Shown: piece by piece, positions 38,601 through 50,764 of the stretch | Layout: each line of letters opens with the position of its first letter | Position numbering within the stretch: the stretch's first letter is position 1 | NCBI RefSeq assembly: GCF_964355755.1 | Contig: NC_092680.1 | Coordinates: 20,531,045-20,595,044 of the forward strand | Direction: 5' to 3' | Source: Antedon mediterranea | Lineage: Eukaryota > Animalia > Echinodermata | DNA length: 64,000 nucleotides | Notes under the pieces: model-generated | Database searches by the model: none | The model's input: the letters and a program-made list of their open reading frames with translations, nothing else | Told to the model about the DNA's origin: nothing | Program-made: the position numbers and the translations under genes

Positions 38601-41600
38601 TGAAATTCAGTACTGTAAGTATTGTACTACTTGCAGACTATACTGTACTTCATTTGGTAAAAGTACAAGCAATATCAGTACACTTATAACCTACTAATAC
38701 GGTTTTGTTATATTTTTATTCACAAAAGTATACTGCAGTTGACTAGTTGTACAAGTGCCATTGTTAGGGTTAAAATGAGCTTGTTTATTACAAACCTATT
38801 TGTGTTTTTCTATATATTCTTTATTCTAACTGAAATATCGTTTCCCTACAAAGAGATTGATTTAAAATGTATGTTACATTACATTACAAATTTGATGTGC
38901 TCTTAGAATGAAAACAATGAACAAAACTGTTTACTGTGTACACTAGTGCATACAATGATGAAGATGTCAGAACACATGGTCATTCTTTCAAATTAAAATT
39001 TAAGTTTTCACGCACAAATTGGAGTCCGGGACTCGTTTGGTCGAAAAGATACTATGGATTCGTTATTGGCGGATGTAGTATCTTCAAGATCAACTAATCA
39101 ATTCAAGTCAGTTCTCGAACAGGCATGGTCCAACCACCTCTAAAATTTGCGCCGTATTCAAGATTTGATGTTACTGTATTTTCAAAAAGGGCTTATAGGC
39201 ATAGCCTAGCCTAGACTCCGGACTCAGGAAATGCTGAGCTCTGGAAACAAGTAAACTATGTGTTTTTTTTTTATTTGATAATGATATTGATAGATCAGTA
39301 TGAATGAAAATCAAGAAGCAGTTACAACTTGTCAACGCCTATCATATTACATGAATGATAATTCAGGTAGAAACAGTAAAAAAAAAATTTATAAATGTAT
39401 ATTATAATTTCTTTGGTATATTTGGTTTTGAGTTATAAATCAGTGTTTTAGATTGAAAACATAGCGAAAACAAATACAGTATTAGCCTAAGTTAGTTATG
39501 AACAGATTTTGGGTAAATGCATATAAAATAATACATAATTGTTGTTAATTCCCTGTATTTGTACTTTACATTATTTCTGAACAATTATGGAAGTGAACAA
39601 ATCTTACTGGTTTGGATGGAAGTGACAAAAAAAAACAAAATTTGGCAAAAAAGTTGATACCAAACTGGAAAGTGTATAAAATATGATGTGAATATTACAA
39701 GTAATCTTAAACAATTTCTCAGCTAATTAATTCACAATACAACCAAATTATTAAACAACCAAACTACGGTACTTTAAAATCCCCCAAAAAAGTGGTTTAT
39801 AACTGAAAGACTTTTTTAGTGGAAGATTTGAAGCGCAAGAAACTTTTCCCCAATACATACGGAATGGAAAAATAAAGTAAGCCATGGAGAGAGAATGAGA
39901 AAACATGACATGATTAATAGTGGAAGTAGACTGTGTGTATTTAGTACATCACAAACTAATACAAGTATATAACCAACAAGACATCTATAAAGCCATCTAA
40001 TATCTTGTGTGATTGAGAAGTAGCACTAAGATTATTTTATTTGCAATTAATCTTGTGAAATTGTAACATTACAAAAAAGGATCACAGTCCGTAGTAACAA
40101 AAACCAAGTACGGAAATCACTATACTGTAACCAAGACTAAGTACGCATCGCTATCACGAATGATAGTGCCGACGAACGCAAGGTGTAAAAATATATTACA
40201 TTTAATACTGGTAAAATCAATAATGTATATTCGTTTCGCTGTACTATTTATTTATTTATGACTATCTTGTTTGATGATTTTTCAACTATAACTAATCTAT
40301 GATTAAATTGAAAGAAAGAAAGTGAACATTTTACAGGCCGTTATCTCGCGGAAATCATTCGCATGTTGCATGACAGCCCTTACAAGTATTCAGTTTTCAA
40401 AATTCTAGCATTAAGCTACTTATTTCTATCCAAAAATAGAAACATAAAATCTACCTTTAAATCATGTGTTAGGATTGTCAATCAACACAGAAATGTTGCA
40501 AGAGAAATTAGAAAAAAAATTTGATGACTTAGGCCTACTTTCAAGTTACGATATACTTCATATTTTATTCACTACTTTCTTAAAAATTCATTTCATAATC
40601 ATATAAGCCACCTGATACACTTTTCTCCGAATTGACTGATACAATAACATTTTAATTTGATATCGTAAGCTCACGAGGGCACTGTTAATTTTTTTTTAAC
40701 GGTAAGTGTATGTGTCACTGAACCGTCGATAAACAATGTATCAAATACTTCATTCTGTTCACAATGTTTTATCAATTTACTGTATGTTGTCAAAAATAGT
40801 TTAAAACACTACTTTATAAATAACCTTTAAAATACATTATGACTATTTTAATTCTTCTCCTAAATAAATTAAGAGTTTCAATTAGCCATAACCTGAAATG
40901 GTTAACATTAAACAATGTTTCGTAATTAAAGCTCTGTCTAAACTATCAAATTAGATTGACCAAAAAAATGTGATGTACCTAAATATGGTAGTGATATGCC
41001 CAAATATGGTAGTGACATGCCCAAAGATGGTAGTAGTCCAATACAATTGATATTTTAGGAAGGATATTAAAAGTATTTGAGTGGAAAAACAGTATGATAA
41101 AATATACATATTGTAAATAGTGAGATTTCGATTTGCAACGATCAACATCCAAGGTACAAGTTAATAGTCATGTTAATTCATTGTAAGCATACAGGGACAC
41201 TGGACTGGTTCACTCTATTCCTTGCAACAGTTTTGGTGGTGTCTAGGTTCAAGTGACGATGACACACCGATGTGAACTTATGTTGAAATCCGCCCAATCA
41301 AATGTTATTGCTTATATGTTTTTTTTCATACGCATCCAACAGCGAGCATCTCGCCAATCACAGGATGGATACATTTCATTTATAATTTACCATGCTTATA
41401 AACTAAGTCTCATTTGAGGCTTAGGGTGTGGAGTTGAAAGAGTTGTGGGTTACAACCCTGGCGGCACTAGGGCAGGATTGAACCCTGGACCTTGAGATTG
41501 GAAGGCAAGCATGTTAACCACCAAGCTACAGCTCCACTGTTATCTTGTGAGGTGAGATATTATTTTTTAAAAAGCATACCTGTTACAGTAACACTGCCTG

Positions 41601-44099
41601 TTGAAAATACTTTGAGCGTAGCTTTTATTGATTTAATTTTGTACGTTACTGCTGGGTGTAATTCTGGTTCATAACTATGAAATAATAAAGTACCGTAGAT
41701 TAGAAGATTAAATATTAAAAATGATCATAAAATCAACTGTAATTCATTGAGTTTGGTTCACATTAGAACGCAGCCTATGTAGGTGCAAGAAAAGCATAAT
41801 GACTTGTGAAACCTGCACGTTTTAAATTGTTGAAACATTATTTATGTTTGTTTTTTATTGTTGTTTTAATCTACCAAGCAAAGTGAATTTCCATTTTTAT
41901 GGACAAATAAAATTTCTTGAATCTTGAATCTGAATAATGCTACAATATACACCGAATCCAATATTATACAAATAATGAATGTTTAAGAGTGCGATGGTAC
42001 AAATAATTTCATGATGTGAAAGATGAAATGTTCACCCAATCCAATATTATATAAATAATGAATGTTTAAGAGTGCGATGGTACAAATAATTTCATGATGT
42101 GAAAGATGAAATGTTCACCCAATCCAATATTATATAAATAATGAATGTTTAAGAGTGCGATGGTAAAAATAATTTCATGATGTGAAAGATGAAATGTTCA
42201 CCCAATCCATTATTATACAAATAATGAATGTTTAAGAGAGCGATGGTACAAATAATTTCATGATGTGAAAGATGAAATGTTCACCCAATCCATCATTATA
42301 CAAATAATGAATGTTTATGAGTGCTATGGTACAAATAATGAACAATTTGACATGGCCTTAATTCTGGTTAATATAATAGCGGTCTAACCTTGCTTCTTTT
42401 GTATGCGACATGGAAAATTCTGGCAGACGCACACCAAATGGCAATATACATGTACCCAAGACATTCACTACCCTGTAATTGCATAATCGAACCTAAGGAT
42501 ATAGAAATATTAAAAATCAATCATTGAATGTCATATTCAGCATAGTATAGAGAAAAAATGAAAGAGTTTAATTGGGATATTGCCACTAGTTAAATATAAC
42601 AAAAAAGAAATTTATCTTTTTTGCTGATCCAATAGATCTAACAACGTTTCGCAAACAATCAGTTGTAAGTACTATTTTTAGTACTTTTGATATATTGGAT
42701 CAACAAAAAAGATAAATTTCTCTTCAAGGATCCAAATGAAATTATTTCCTGATTTTTGTTTTATAACATACCTACTGTTGTAAAGCAAAGATATACAATT
42801 AATCCATTGTTTCTATATTGAAACAAATGTTGAGGGCTAGGTCATGCAAAAAGGTCAGATTGTAGAAGTGGCGCAGAGCAGTTATAGTTTTCATTCATGC
42901 AATATTCAACGCATCACAGAGACATTCTTAATAATTTAATAACTTTTTTTTAATCTTTCAAAGAATGAAATATTGTTACCATTCAACTAAAGCTCTGTCT
43001 TTATGTGACAAACAATTTGCCCAAATATGGTAGTGCTATGCCTAAATATGGTAGTGCTATGCCTAAATATAATAGTAATATGACATCATCATGTCCATAT
43101 ATGGGCACATCACTTTTTTTTTCACATAAAGTGTAGAGAGCTTAATACAGAACATTTATTACTTGAATGGAAACAAATATGAAATAGATTGTAAAGTTTA
43201 ATTGACAGTATTCACCTTAAAACCTAACCTCTGTAATTTCCTGGCACACCTTCTTGCTGATACCTTTGCATTAGCCTCACTGAAAAAAAAAAATTTTAAT
43301 AATGGCCAAGTTGATACTTAATACAGGATTATAACACATATTAAGGAGAAACTTTTATAACCCAATGTCCTAAATAGAAGTCGGTCATGTAATATTTCAC
43401 TCTTTCCTGGTTGAACTATCGTAGGTGTACTATACCTGTCAGAACCAGCAATGGTAACTTTACCAGATGACCAAATGGTTGCTGTAGACCGGGGCCTTCT
43501 CATTCTCATCACAACATGCTACAAATAAACAAATAATACATTTTTTCTTGATTAAACAGATCAGTTTTATTCAAAACTTTTATCTTACAAGGAAAAAAAA
43601 TTAAGATATTCATTTTTTGTGGGTGTTTGTTATGGGCTTCCCACTTTTATTTAATTTGTGGATACATTATTTTTAAATATAATTACTTAAAAACATAATT
43701 CTAAAGGAAAAATATTTTGTTATTATATTCTATATAACTCTTTTTCTGATCTTTAATGGTATATACTATTAAAACATTAATAATATATTCAAACATAATT
43801 AGTTTGATAGTTCTATACCTAGCGTAAAACCTATAATCGAATATATATAAAATACTTACACCCATCTCACGTTTGTACTCTACATTTTCACCTGTAGTTG
43901 CTATCCTACGTAGATTAAGATGGCATCGTAAACCAAACGAACACACAACGTTGTTGATAGCGATCACCAAGTCTTGTTGCACTCCGCTGGTGTTATCAAT
44001 AGTACCACTTGTCTTTTCTACACCGTTTTGATGGTCATTTGAAACACTACTGTCTGTCTGCCTGTCCGTCTCCTGACTGTTTGTAAGGATTACTGACAT
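32616..44099 (-). CDS. TBPL1: TATA-box-binding protein-like 1 (TRF2/TLF), 259 aa, 6 coding exons
   Basis: Exons 44099-43860, 43518-43436, 43279-43216, 42492-42389, 41674-41580 and 32809-32616 total 780 nt with consistent phases. Peptides NVVCSFGLRCHLNLRRIA, TATIWSSGK, ARRCARKLQRLGF, VVNVLGTC..PF.VRLPEF, SYEPELHPAVTYKIK, FSTGSVTVTAP and AIEEIYP are diagnostic for TBPL1. Confidence 0.95.
32872..33015. mobile_element. MITE family A, intact reference copy
   Basis: Perfect TIRs AAAGCTCTGTCTACACTATCAAACT / AGTTTGATAGTGTAGACAGAGCTTT, ~60 nt from the last TBPL1 splice acceptor. Confidence 0.9.
35377..35716. mobile_element. Degenerate Tc1/pogo-type MITE containing a nested foldback (35480-35653)
   Basis: Outer ends tacag..gaacctc and gaggagttatactgta have TA flanks. 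The inner sequence is a near-perfect 174-nt inverted repeat. Confidence 0.55.
36331..36508. repeat. 59-bp tandem triplication
   Basis: Three identical units start at 36331, 36390 and 36449. Each contains the hairpin AATGAGCT-gttagg-AGCTCATT. Confidence 0.95.
38178..38283. mobile_element. Small hAT-like MITE remnant
   Basis: The right end AAATCCTGGATCTGCCACTG reads CAGTGGCAGATCCAGGA on the reverse strand. The G/C-run interior is typical of such MITEs. Confidence 0.45.
41325..41538 (-). mobile_element. tRNA(Gly-TCC)-like SINE, copy 1
   Basis: Minus-strand head GGAGCTGTAGCTTGGTGGTTAACATGCTTGCCTTCCAATCTCAAGGTCCAGGGTTCAATCC (A box, TCC anticodon loop, B box). The whole unit recurs at 53815-54013. 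Confidence 0.75.
41955..42340. repeat. 83-bp minisatellite, ~4.6 copies, in TBPL1 intron 4
   Basis: aatccaatattatacaaataatgaatg... starts at 41955, 42038, 42121, 42204 and 42287. Confidence 0.95.
42605..42724. repeat. Inverted repeat, possibly a Penelope-like terminal remnant
   Basis: Arms gaaatttatcttttttgctgatccaata and tattggatcaacaaaaaagataaatttc flank caacgtttcg. Confidence 0.5.
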
Positions 44100-44315
44100 A
44101 CTCCTAATTAAAAATTATGATCTTAAAATAAATTTGATATTCTAACATATATTTTTTATTGCATAAAATTGATTTAATTCAATTTTGTAATCATTTCTAA
44201 GAAGCATACAGAAATAATATTAGCCGCAGCAGTACATACTATACACACACACAGGGAGGGCAGGTTCAACTAATTTGGCTAGGCCAACAAGGTAATAATC
44301 CACCGTATACTATAC

Positions 44316-45944
44316 GGAGTATGGTCGAAGCGGCCGCCAACCAAAGCGGCCGCCAGTTTAATATCGTCATTTGTATGGAACGCCATGTGCGCTTTAATCT
44401 TTGATTGTCGTTGTCAACGCCATGGCCTATGGCGAGTTGAGTTACAGCTGTGTGTATGGTCAAACCAATAAATATAAGCCAAATCATGTACTATCGATCT
44501 TTATATTTCTATAATAATTAAGTTTGCCTGCGGATAAATCAATGTATATTTTATTTGTATTTTAATATTAACTAACTAAATATATTTACATTATATACTA
44601 TCGAATCATTAATAATTTACGTTTGCATCATAATCTACATACTATTGAACCTTTATGTCTCATTTATTACGTACTATTTATTTATTTGTTTATTTATATT
44701 TCTTGACCCGACGTTTCTTGAGCACTCTCCTATCGAATCTTTATACAGTGTTACATTAATAATTTACGTACGGTATTGGCGAATATTTATATCTCATTTA
44801 CATACTATCGAATCTTCATACAGTATTGCAATAATAATTTACGTACGGTATTGCCGAATCTTTATATTTCGTTTACACTGTACTATCGAATCTTGTTTTT
44901 ATTGAATAGGGTGTGTTATACATTTAAGTGTTATTCCATTGTAATACATTGTTTGTGTTTTCAATGAAGCAACGTGAAGACGAAAACGCGACCTTCTACA
45001 GCACTATTCCTATTTACATACTATCGAATCTTTTTACAGTATTGCAATATAATAATTTACGTACGGTATTGCCGAATATTTATATCTCATTTACATACTA
45101 TCGAATCCATACAGTATTGCATTAATAATTTACGTACGGTATTATTGCCGAATTTTTATATCTCGTTTACACTGTACTATCGAATCTTGTTTTTATTGAA
45201 TGTGTTATACATTTAAGTGTTATTCCATTGTAATACATTGTTTGTGTTTTCAATGAAGCAACGTGAAGACGAAAACGCGACCGCCTTCTACAGCACTATT
45301 CCTGGCCGGCCGCCAGTCGAGTTATTAGCAGAAATTCACGTAATTAATTACAGACACTTGCGTCTTATTTTAGTATTTAAAACTAATTTTAAATTGATCA
45401 ATATTTATATATCTGAAGGTATAAAACAATTTAGGATATTAAATAAATAAATTGATGTCATCATGTTATTTTAATTAAATTATGTTTGCGAACACGTACT
45501 ACTTACAGTAGTTACTTTACTAATATATTAATATACAATAACAAATATATATATTTTGATTTGATATATTTTATTGAAAAAATATATATATATTATTCTT
45601 AATAATTGGCATATTATATATTATACAATAAAAACACCACAATGTTTTTTATTGACTTTATTAAACATATATATCATTTAGAACAGTTAAAGTAAGTAAT
45701 CATCGATTCGCCATTTCGTTTAAAAGAAGGTATCACATTCAATCTGTCAAAAAAGAGAATATATTACATAATATTAATAATGTAGGTTGTTATTTACGTC
45801 CGAGGAAAAGAAAACCTGTCGATCGAAACAATGACAATCAAAAATGACAAAACAACGACAATCAAAGCGCACACGGCGTTCCATACAAATTACCGTTATT
45901 GAACTAGCGGCCGCTTTGGTTGGCGGCCGCTTCGACCGTAATCC
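44316..45944. mobile_element. 1.63-kb non-autonomous DNA transposon with ~100-bp TIRs and an 8-bp TSD (Merlin- or MULE-like)
   Basis: TIRs GGAGTATGGTCGAAGCGGCCGCCAACCAAAGCGGCCGC and GCGGCCGCTTTGGTTGGCGGCCGCTTCGACCGTAATCC. An exact TACTATAC duplication lies at 44308-44315 and 45945-45952. Internal tandem repeats span 44590-45300. Confidence 0.85.
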
Positions 45945-46350
45945 TACTATACTAGGCCTTTTGTAGTGACTGACACAACTAGCTAAACCTCCTTCCTAGC
46001 TAGCCTACTAGTACTAGGCTGTATAGGCTCAGCCAGACTCAGATCAGACTCTCACTCTCAGTAGTCAGAGGGGGGAGAGAGAGATCCAGCAGGCCTAGGC
46101 TAGGCTACTGTACTACTACTACTAGGCCTAGATAGGCCCGGCCTAACTAGCTAGGCTAGTAGGCCCTACTAGAGAGAGGGCTAGCTAGGCCGGCAGCCTA
46201 GGCCCTAGCCTAGCTAGGCTAGAGTAATAATAATAGGCCTAGCCTAGGCCTATGTCTTTTTATAGCCATTTAACTAATAATAGGCCTATATGAATTGTTG
46301 TATATTTACTGGGGTGATTTATATTAATGATATGCATATAGGCCTAGTAT
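45945..46350. other. CTAG/TAGGCCTA-rich low-complexity tract
   Basis: Dense non-periodic clusters of CTAG, AGGCCT and TAGCTA. Similar tracts lie at 46950-47075 and 51955-52260. Confidence 0.8.
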
Positions 46351-46718
46351 TAGCTTTGTTACATGCTAATTACGTGTTATTTACCCCGTATATTGTATGA
46401 CAACAAAAGACCGTGACCAAGAATAAGATTATCCGAAGAAGAAGAATTGAACTTCTGCTGTGTGTGTGTGGTGGGTGATGAATCTTGAATCTTTCTATCA
46501 AAATAATTACCTAATAAAATCAATAATAATTGATTAATGAAATATGTATTAATTCGTCTAGTTTTATCGGAATTTTAAATCAGTTAAATTTTAATCAATG
46601 ATTATAATTATATCATTTTAAAGCAAAACTGTTTTTGAATTCTGCAAAGTTCACCAGCATAATCTAAATCTAAAGAGGGAGGTCTTCATCGTGTCGTCGT
46701 ATCCGTCGTCGTCACAAT

Positions 46719-46736
46719 TTTGCCGGGGTATTTAAA
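46719..46736 (+). promoter_or_regulatory. E2F-like site + 4-nt spacer + CHR (TTTAAA) in the geminin/TBPL1 divergent promoter
   Basis: TTTGCCGG-ggta-TTTAAA lies ~90 nt upstream of the geminin ATG. It fits the E2F/CDE-N4-CHR arrangement of cell-cycle genes. Confidence 0.55.
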
Positions 46737-46823
46737 TTGAATTTCTCTCTCTGCCTTGCTTCTTGTCTCACGATTTTGTTGCTCTTAAATTCACTTGGTT
46801 TTTTTAAATATTCGGCCATTACA

Positions 46824-49800
46824 ATGGAGGCAATTCAACAAAACTCATTTTCAAAACCTCAATCCAAAGTGTTAACAAAGAATAAACCAGTAAGATGTTT
46901 AAAACTCTGTATTTTTTCTGTATTTCTGGGTGTAACATTTTCGAGAGTGGGCTGGCTAGAGGGCCTAGCTACTGTAGTAGGCCTCATCTTCAAGCGGCTA
47001 GTCTACTACATCTTTTTGGGCTAGGCTAGAGCTCCTCGACCTTGGTCAAGTGGTACCATACCAGTCGACCTAGCCATTACACTTTTTAAATATTAACTTA
47101 TATTTTTATGACATGACTTGATCCTTTTTTTTATCTAGTTTAGGCCTATTTTTAAATATTAACATTTCTTATTTTATTTTTAGTTAGGCTAAATGTTTTT
47201 TTTATATTATTTTTATATAATTTTTTTTAATTTTTGTATAATTTATAACTATTTTCTTCTTTTTTTAAACAGATTTTCCAATATTTGCAGTATATTTTTT
47301 CAAGTCATTCATATTTGTAATTAGCCTAATCAATTTAGGCTAGGCCTAGAAGCTTAATTAATGTGTGCATGTATGTAAATTGTAAACCAAAGATCCCTAT
47401 TTGCACGACCAGGTCGTCTTTGCTGCATCTTCACTCTGTAGTCTATTGGCACAGAGAACTAGACATATGGTTCATCCCCCCAATAGATATACTTTACTTA
47501 GACACATGGTCAATTTTTCCAAAAGAAAATGATTTAAAATAATTACACAGACCATGCAGTATGCACTTTTTATAACAACTAATAATTATTCTCATCAGAA
47601 ACCAGCTGGTCAAGGATTTATTTCAAACTGCATGACAACCATGAATGGTTCAAATAAGATGTTTACCCCACGACCAGAAACTGAAATAAGTAGCACTCTG
47701 CTAGGCAGGAAACGAAAAACATTCAATGTAAACTTATGCACTTGTTAATTGTATGACCCACTATATGGCCCCGGGAGAGGTGTGTCATTTACAAATAATT
47801 ATTGACGCAGAGAAGGGTGCATCAAAAACATAGATGGTATGTCGCATCAATGAGCAATGGTGTGTCAATGTCCATTACTTTACCACCCACCATATCATAA
47901 ACAACATGGTCACAGTGCGTCTAAATGAGTTTGTCACTTCACCACTAATGGCAAGTCATATTTTTGACGCACTGGTGCGTCATGGTATTCATAAGGTATG
48001 ACAAACATCAGACATCCACCCGGGGGTCGTATAATGGGTTATAGTGTTTAATTACTTGTGTTTATTTTCTAGTTATATTTTGAAATATCCACTTAAAATG
48101 AAAATCATTTTATTTCATTGATATCAACAATATTAAACCAGTTCAACTTGAAATATAATTTTAAAGGAATTGGATAAACAAATGATAAAAATTATTATCA
48201 AAATTTATATTGTGCTTTCTGGAATATGTTGGTTAGCACTCGTAAAACAATATTTTTCTTTTTAGTCAATAGGAGAGGGATCACCATTGCTTTTAAATAA
48301 ACGTCAATCGTTGAAAGTATTACAACCCATTGCTGGTAACCAAGATGGTCTTATTGGCAGGAGTCCTCAGAATGATCAGGTTAGTATATATTTCATATGA
48401 AACCCAGGCCCTTGGTTCATATAGAGTGTTGGTTTGCTTGTTGAAGTCTTCAAATCCATGCCTTATAAGCTGACTTTTAAGTTTGAAACAAGCTACCGTA
48501 AAAATCTGTCTGACAAACAATGTGATGTGCCCATGGATTTTTTATAGTGTTTGTAGACAGAGCTTAATATTCGATTAAGGCATGGAATTCTGATTTCATT
48601 TTAGGATATCAAAAATCTGAAAAAAAATTTAGTTGGCAATTCTAATTTGGACAAAAAGGAAAGAAAGGCAGTGAAGGAACAGAAGTCAAAAAGCAGTAAT
48701 AAAAAGTCAAAGTCAAATAGTAAGACATCTGGCAGCATAGGTATCTTTGTGGATCCCACAAACCCTAGCAGTTCAGATGATAGCAGCAATGAAACTAAGG
48801 TCAGTCTTTATCTCGTATTTCTCTTTTTGTTTTAGGTTGTTTTGTATATCGTAATTATTCGTAAATTATACTCAACAATGTTTGCATCAATATGTCAATA
48901 AACATTCATATTTTTCTGTGGCTGTGGGAAGAAATTTATTATACTATATATATTTGCTTGTTTCTTAAGCTCTATCACTATCAAACTGTATGCGACAAAA
49001 AATGTGATGGGCCCATATATGGACATGATGTCATATTACTACCATATTTGGGAATATCACTGCCATACTTGGGCAAATCACACTTTTTTTGTCAAACTAG
49101 TTTGATAGTGTAGACAGGGCTTTATAGATAATTGAATGTCCTCTGAGAAACTTTAGAATAAATATTTCTATGTTGACAGTTTTTGTGTTTTAATAAATAA
49201 ATTTAAGATTTTATATTGTTGAAATTGTATATTTTATATTTGAATTCTATATTTTTTTATCTTTATTTGCTACAAATTTTTATTTTTTATAGAAAAAAAC
49301 TACCACTGACAACAATGATGTCTATGCAATGATGACTAAAGGTAACCTTTTACTAGATATTGTATTGTTTAACTACAAGACATAACTTTATCAATAGCCT
49401 AATGCTCTATCAAAAAACATTGATATTTAATCTAATTTATAGGGAATCATTTTGCGTTAAATGATTGGTTTCATGATTTATTTTGGTGTATATACATTTT
49501 CTGAAAATTCTTTCAATAGACATCACAAACAGCAGATAAAAACACAGCATGTTAATTACTAATTTCTTTTCAGATGAAGCGCCAGAGAGCTATTGGAAAG
49601 AAATTGCAGAGGAGAGAAGAACAGCGCTTGCAGCTACTCTAGAAGAAAACAAAAATGTGAGGCTTTTCCTGCGGTTTATTTTGAGTTTATTTACATAGTA
49701 CACAGCAATGCAACCCCCTACTCTTCTGAAAGATGTACTAGACCTCTAGTTTTAAGTCCTTAACTGAGAAGACTTGTTCTACCTCCAGAACATTAATTGA

Positions 49801-50764
49801 AGAGTGGCTTGAACCTATTTTATAGGATTTTAGGTTTATGGCGCCCCTGCCTTAACCAAAATTGAAAATCTTAATTGTGGGATAGGACGTTTTGCATTGT
49901 AGGCCTACTAATTTATTGGAAATGAATTAATGTTTTGATAACTGTAGCATTGAAGCACCCAGCTTAATTAATGCCATAATACAAAATACTTTATTAGTTT
50001 CATATATGTACTATATTATTTTAAATTTCAGTTACATAATGAATTGAATAATTTAAAGTGCGATTATGACCGACTAAAGAAAGTAGCCGATCAAGCTGAA
50101 TACTTTGCAGGTATCATTGAGGTAAGATTAATTTGTCCGTTTTTTACATTTTTGTCGATTCATTTAAATGCACCTACTTTTCCACAATCAATGCAGAATG
50201 GATGAGACCATTTCATGATCGAGCTTGATGAAAATAAATGAAGTTCTGTCTACACAGAACTTATCAAACTTTATGCGACAAAAAATGTTGTGCCTATATA
50301 TGGACATGTCATATCACTACCATATTTGCGTATTTCACTACCATATTTGGGCACATCACACTTTTTCTTCAAACTAGTTTGATGTGTAGACAGAGCTTAA
50401 TACATTTATTTCCTGAGCATGTCACTCCTTTCAGAAAAGTGCTTGGAATGAAATGTTTAATTTGAAGCAAATGTCGCCCAATTGAACAATATTTGTAATT
50501 ACTGTATTTTTATCTGCAACATATCTCTTATTTCAGGATCTTCTTGGAAAAAAAGTTGATGATGGCACAGATGACGAGTCGGAAACCAAAAGCACGGAAC
50601 TAGCAAACGAAAGTCGTAAACGAAAACGAAGTGATGAGGATGATGATGAAACTGGTCTACAACATAAAGAAGCAAAGTTGTACAGCTCAGATGAAGAAGA
50701 AACTGTGGAAGATGTAGATGATGAGGATGAGGAAGAAAATAGTCTGTTTGGAAGTTATGTCTAA
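46824..50764 (+). CDS. GMNN: Geminin, DNA replication inhibitor (274 aa, 7 exons)
   Basis: Exons 46824-46889, 48266-48379, 48605-48799, 49293-49341, 49574-49656, 50032-50121 and 50537-50764 total 825 nt with consistent phases. It has the D-box KRQSLKVLQP, the coiled coil YWKEIAEERRTALAATLEENKNLHNEL, and an acidic tail with SDEEETVED. Confidence 0.9.
47752..48041. mobile_element. MITE in geminin intron 1
   Basis: Imperfect TIRs TATGACCCACTATATGGCCCCGGG and CCCGGGGGTCGTATAATGGGTTATA. Confidence 0.6.

Noticed and set aside
41470-41538. tRNA-Gly gene (also the tRNA-like head near 20970-21045)
   Set aside because: The cloverleaf is imperfect and each head is joined to a repeated SINE body, so these are SINE heads.
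32810-41579. Intronic snoRNAs or a nested gene in the long TBPL1 intron
   Set aside because: By eye I found no sense-strand C/D box pair with a terminal stem and no spliceable ORF. An Infernal/Rfam scan would be needed to exclude H/ACA RNAs.
44645-45450. Cluster of 60-86-aa ORFs
   Set aside because: They lie in the internal tandem repeats of the TIR element and have no transposase motifs.
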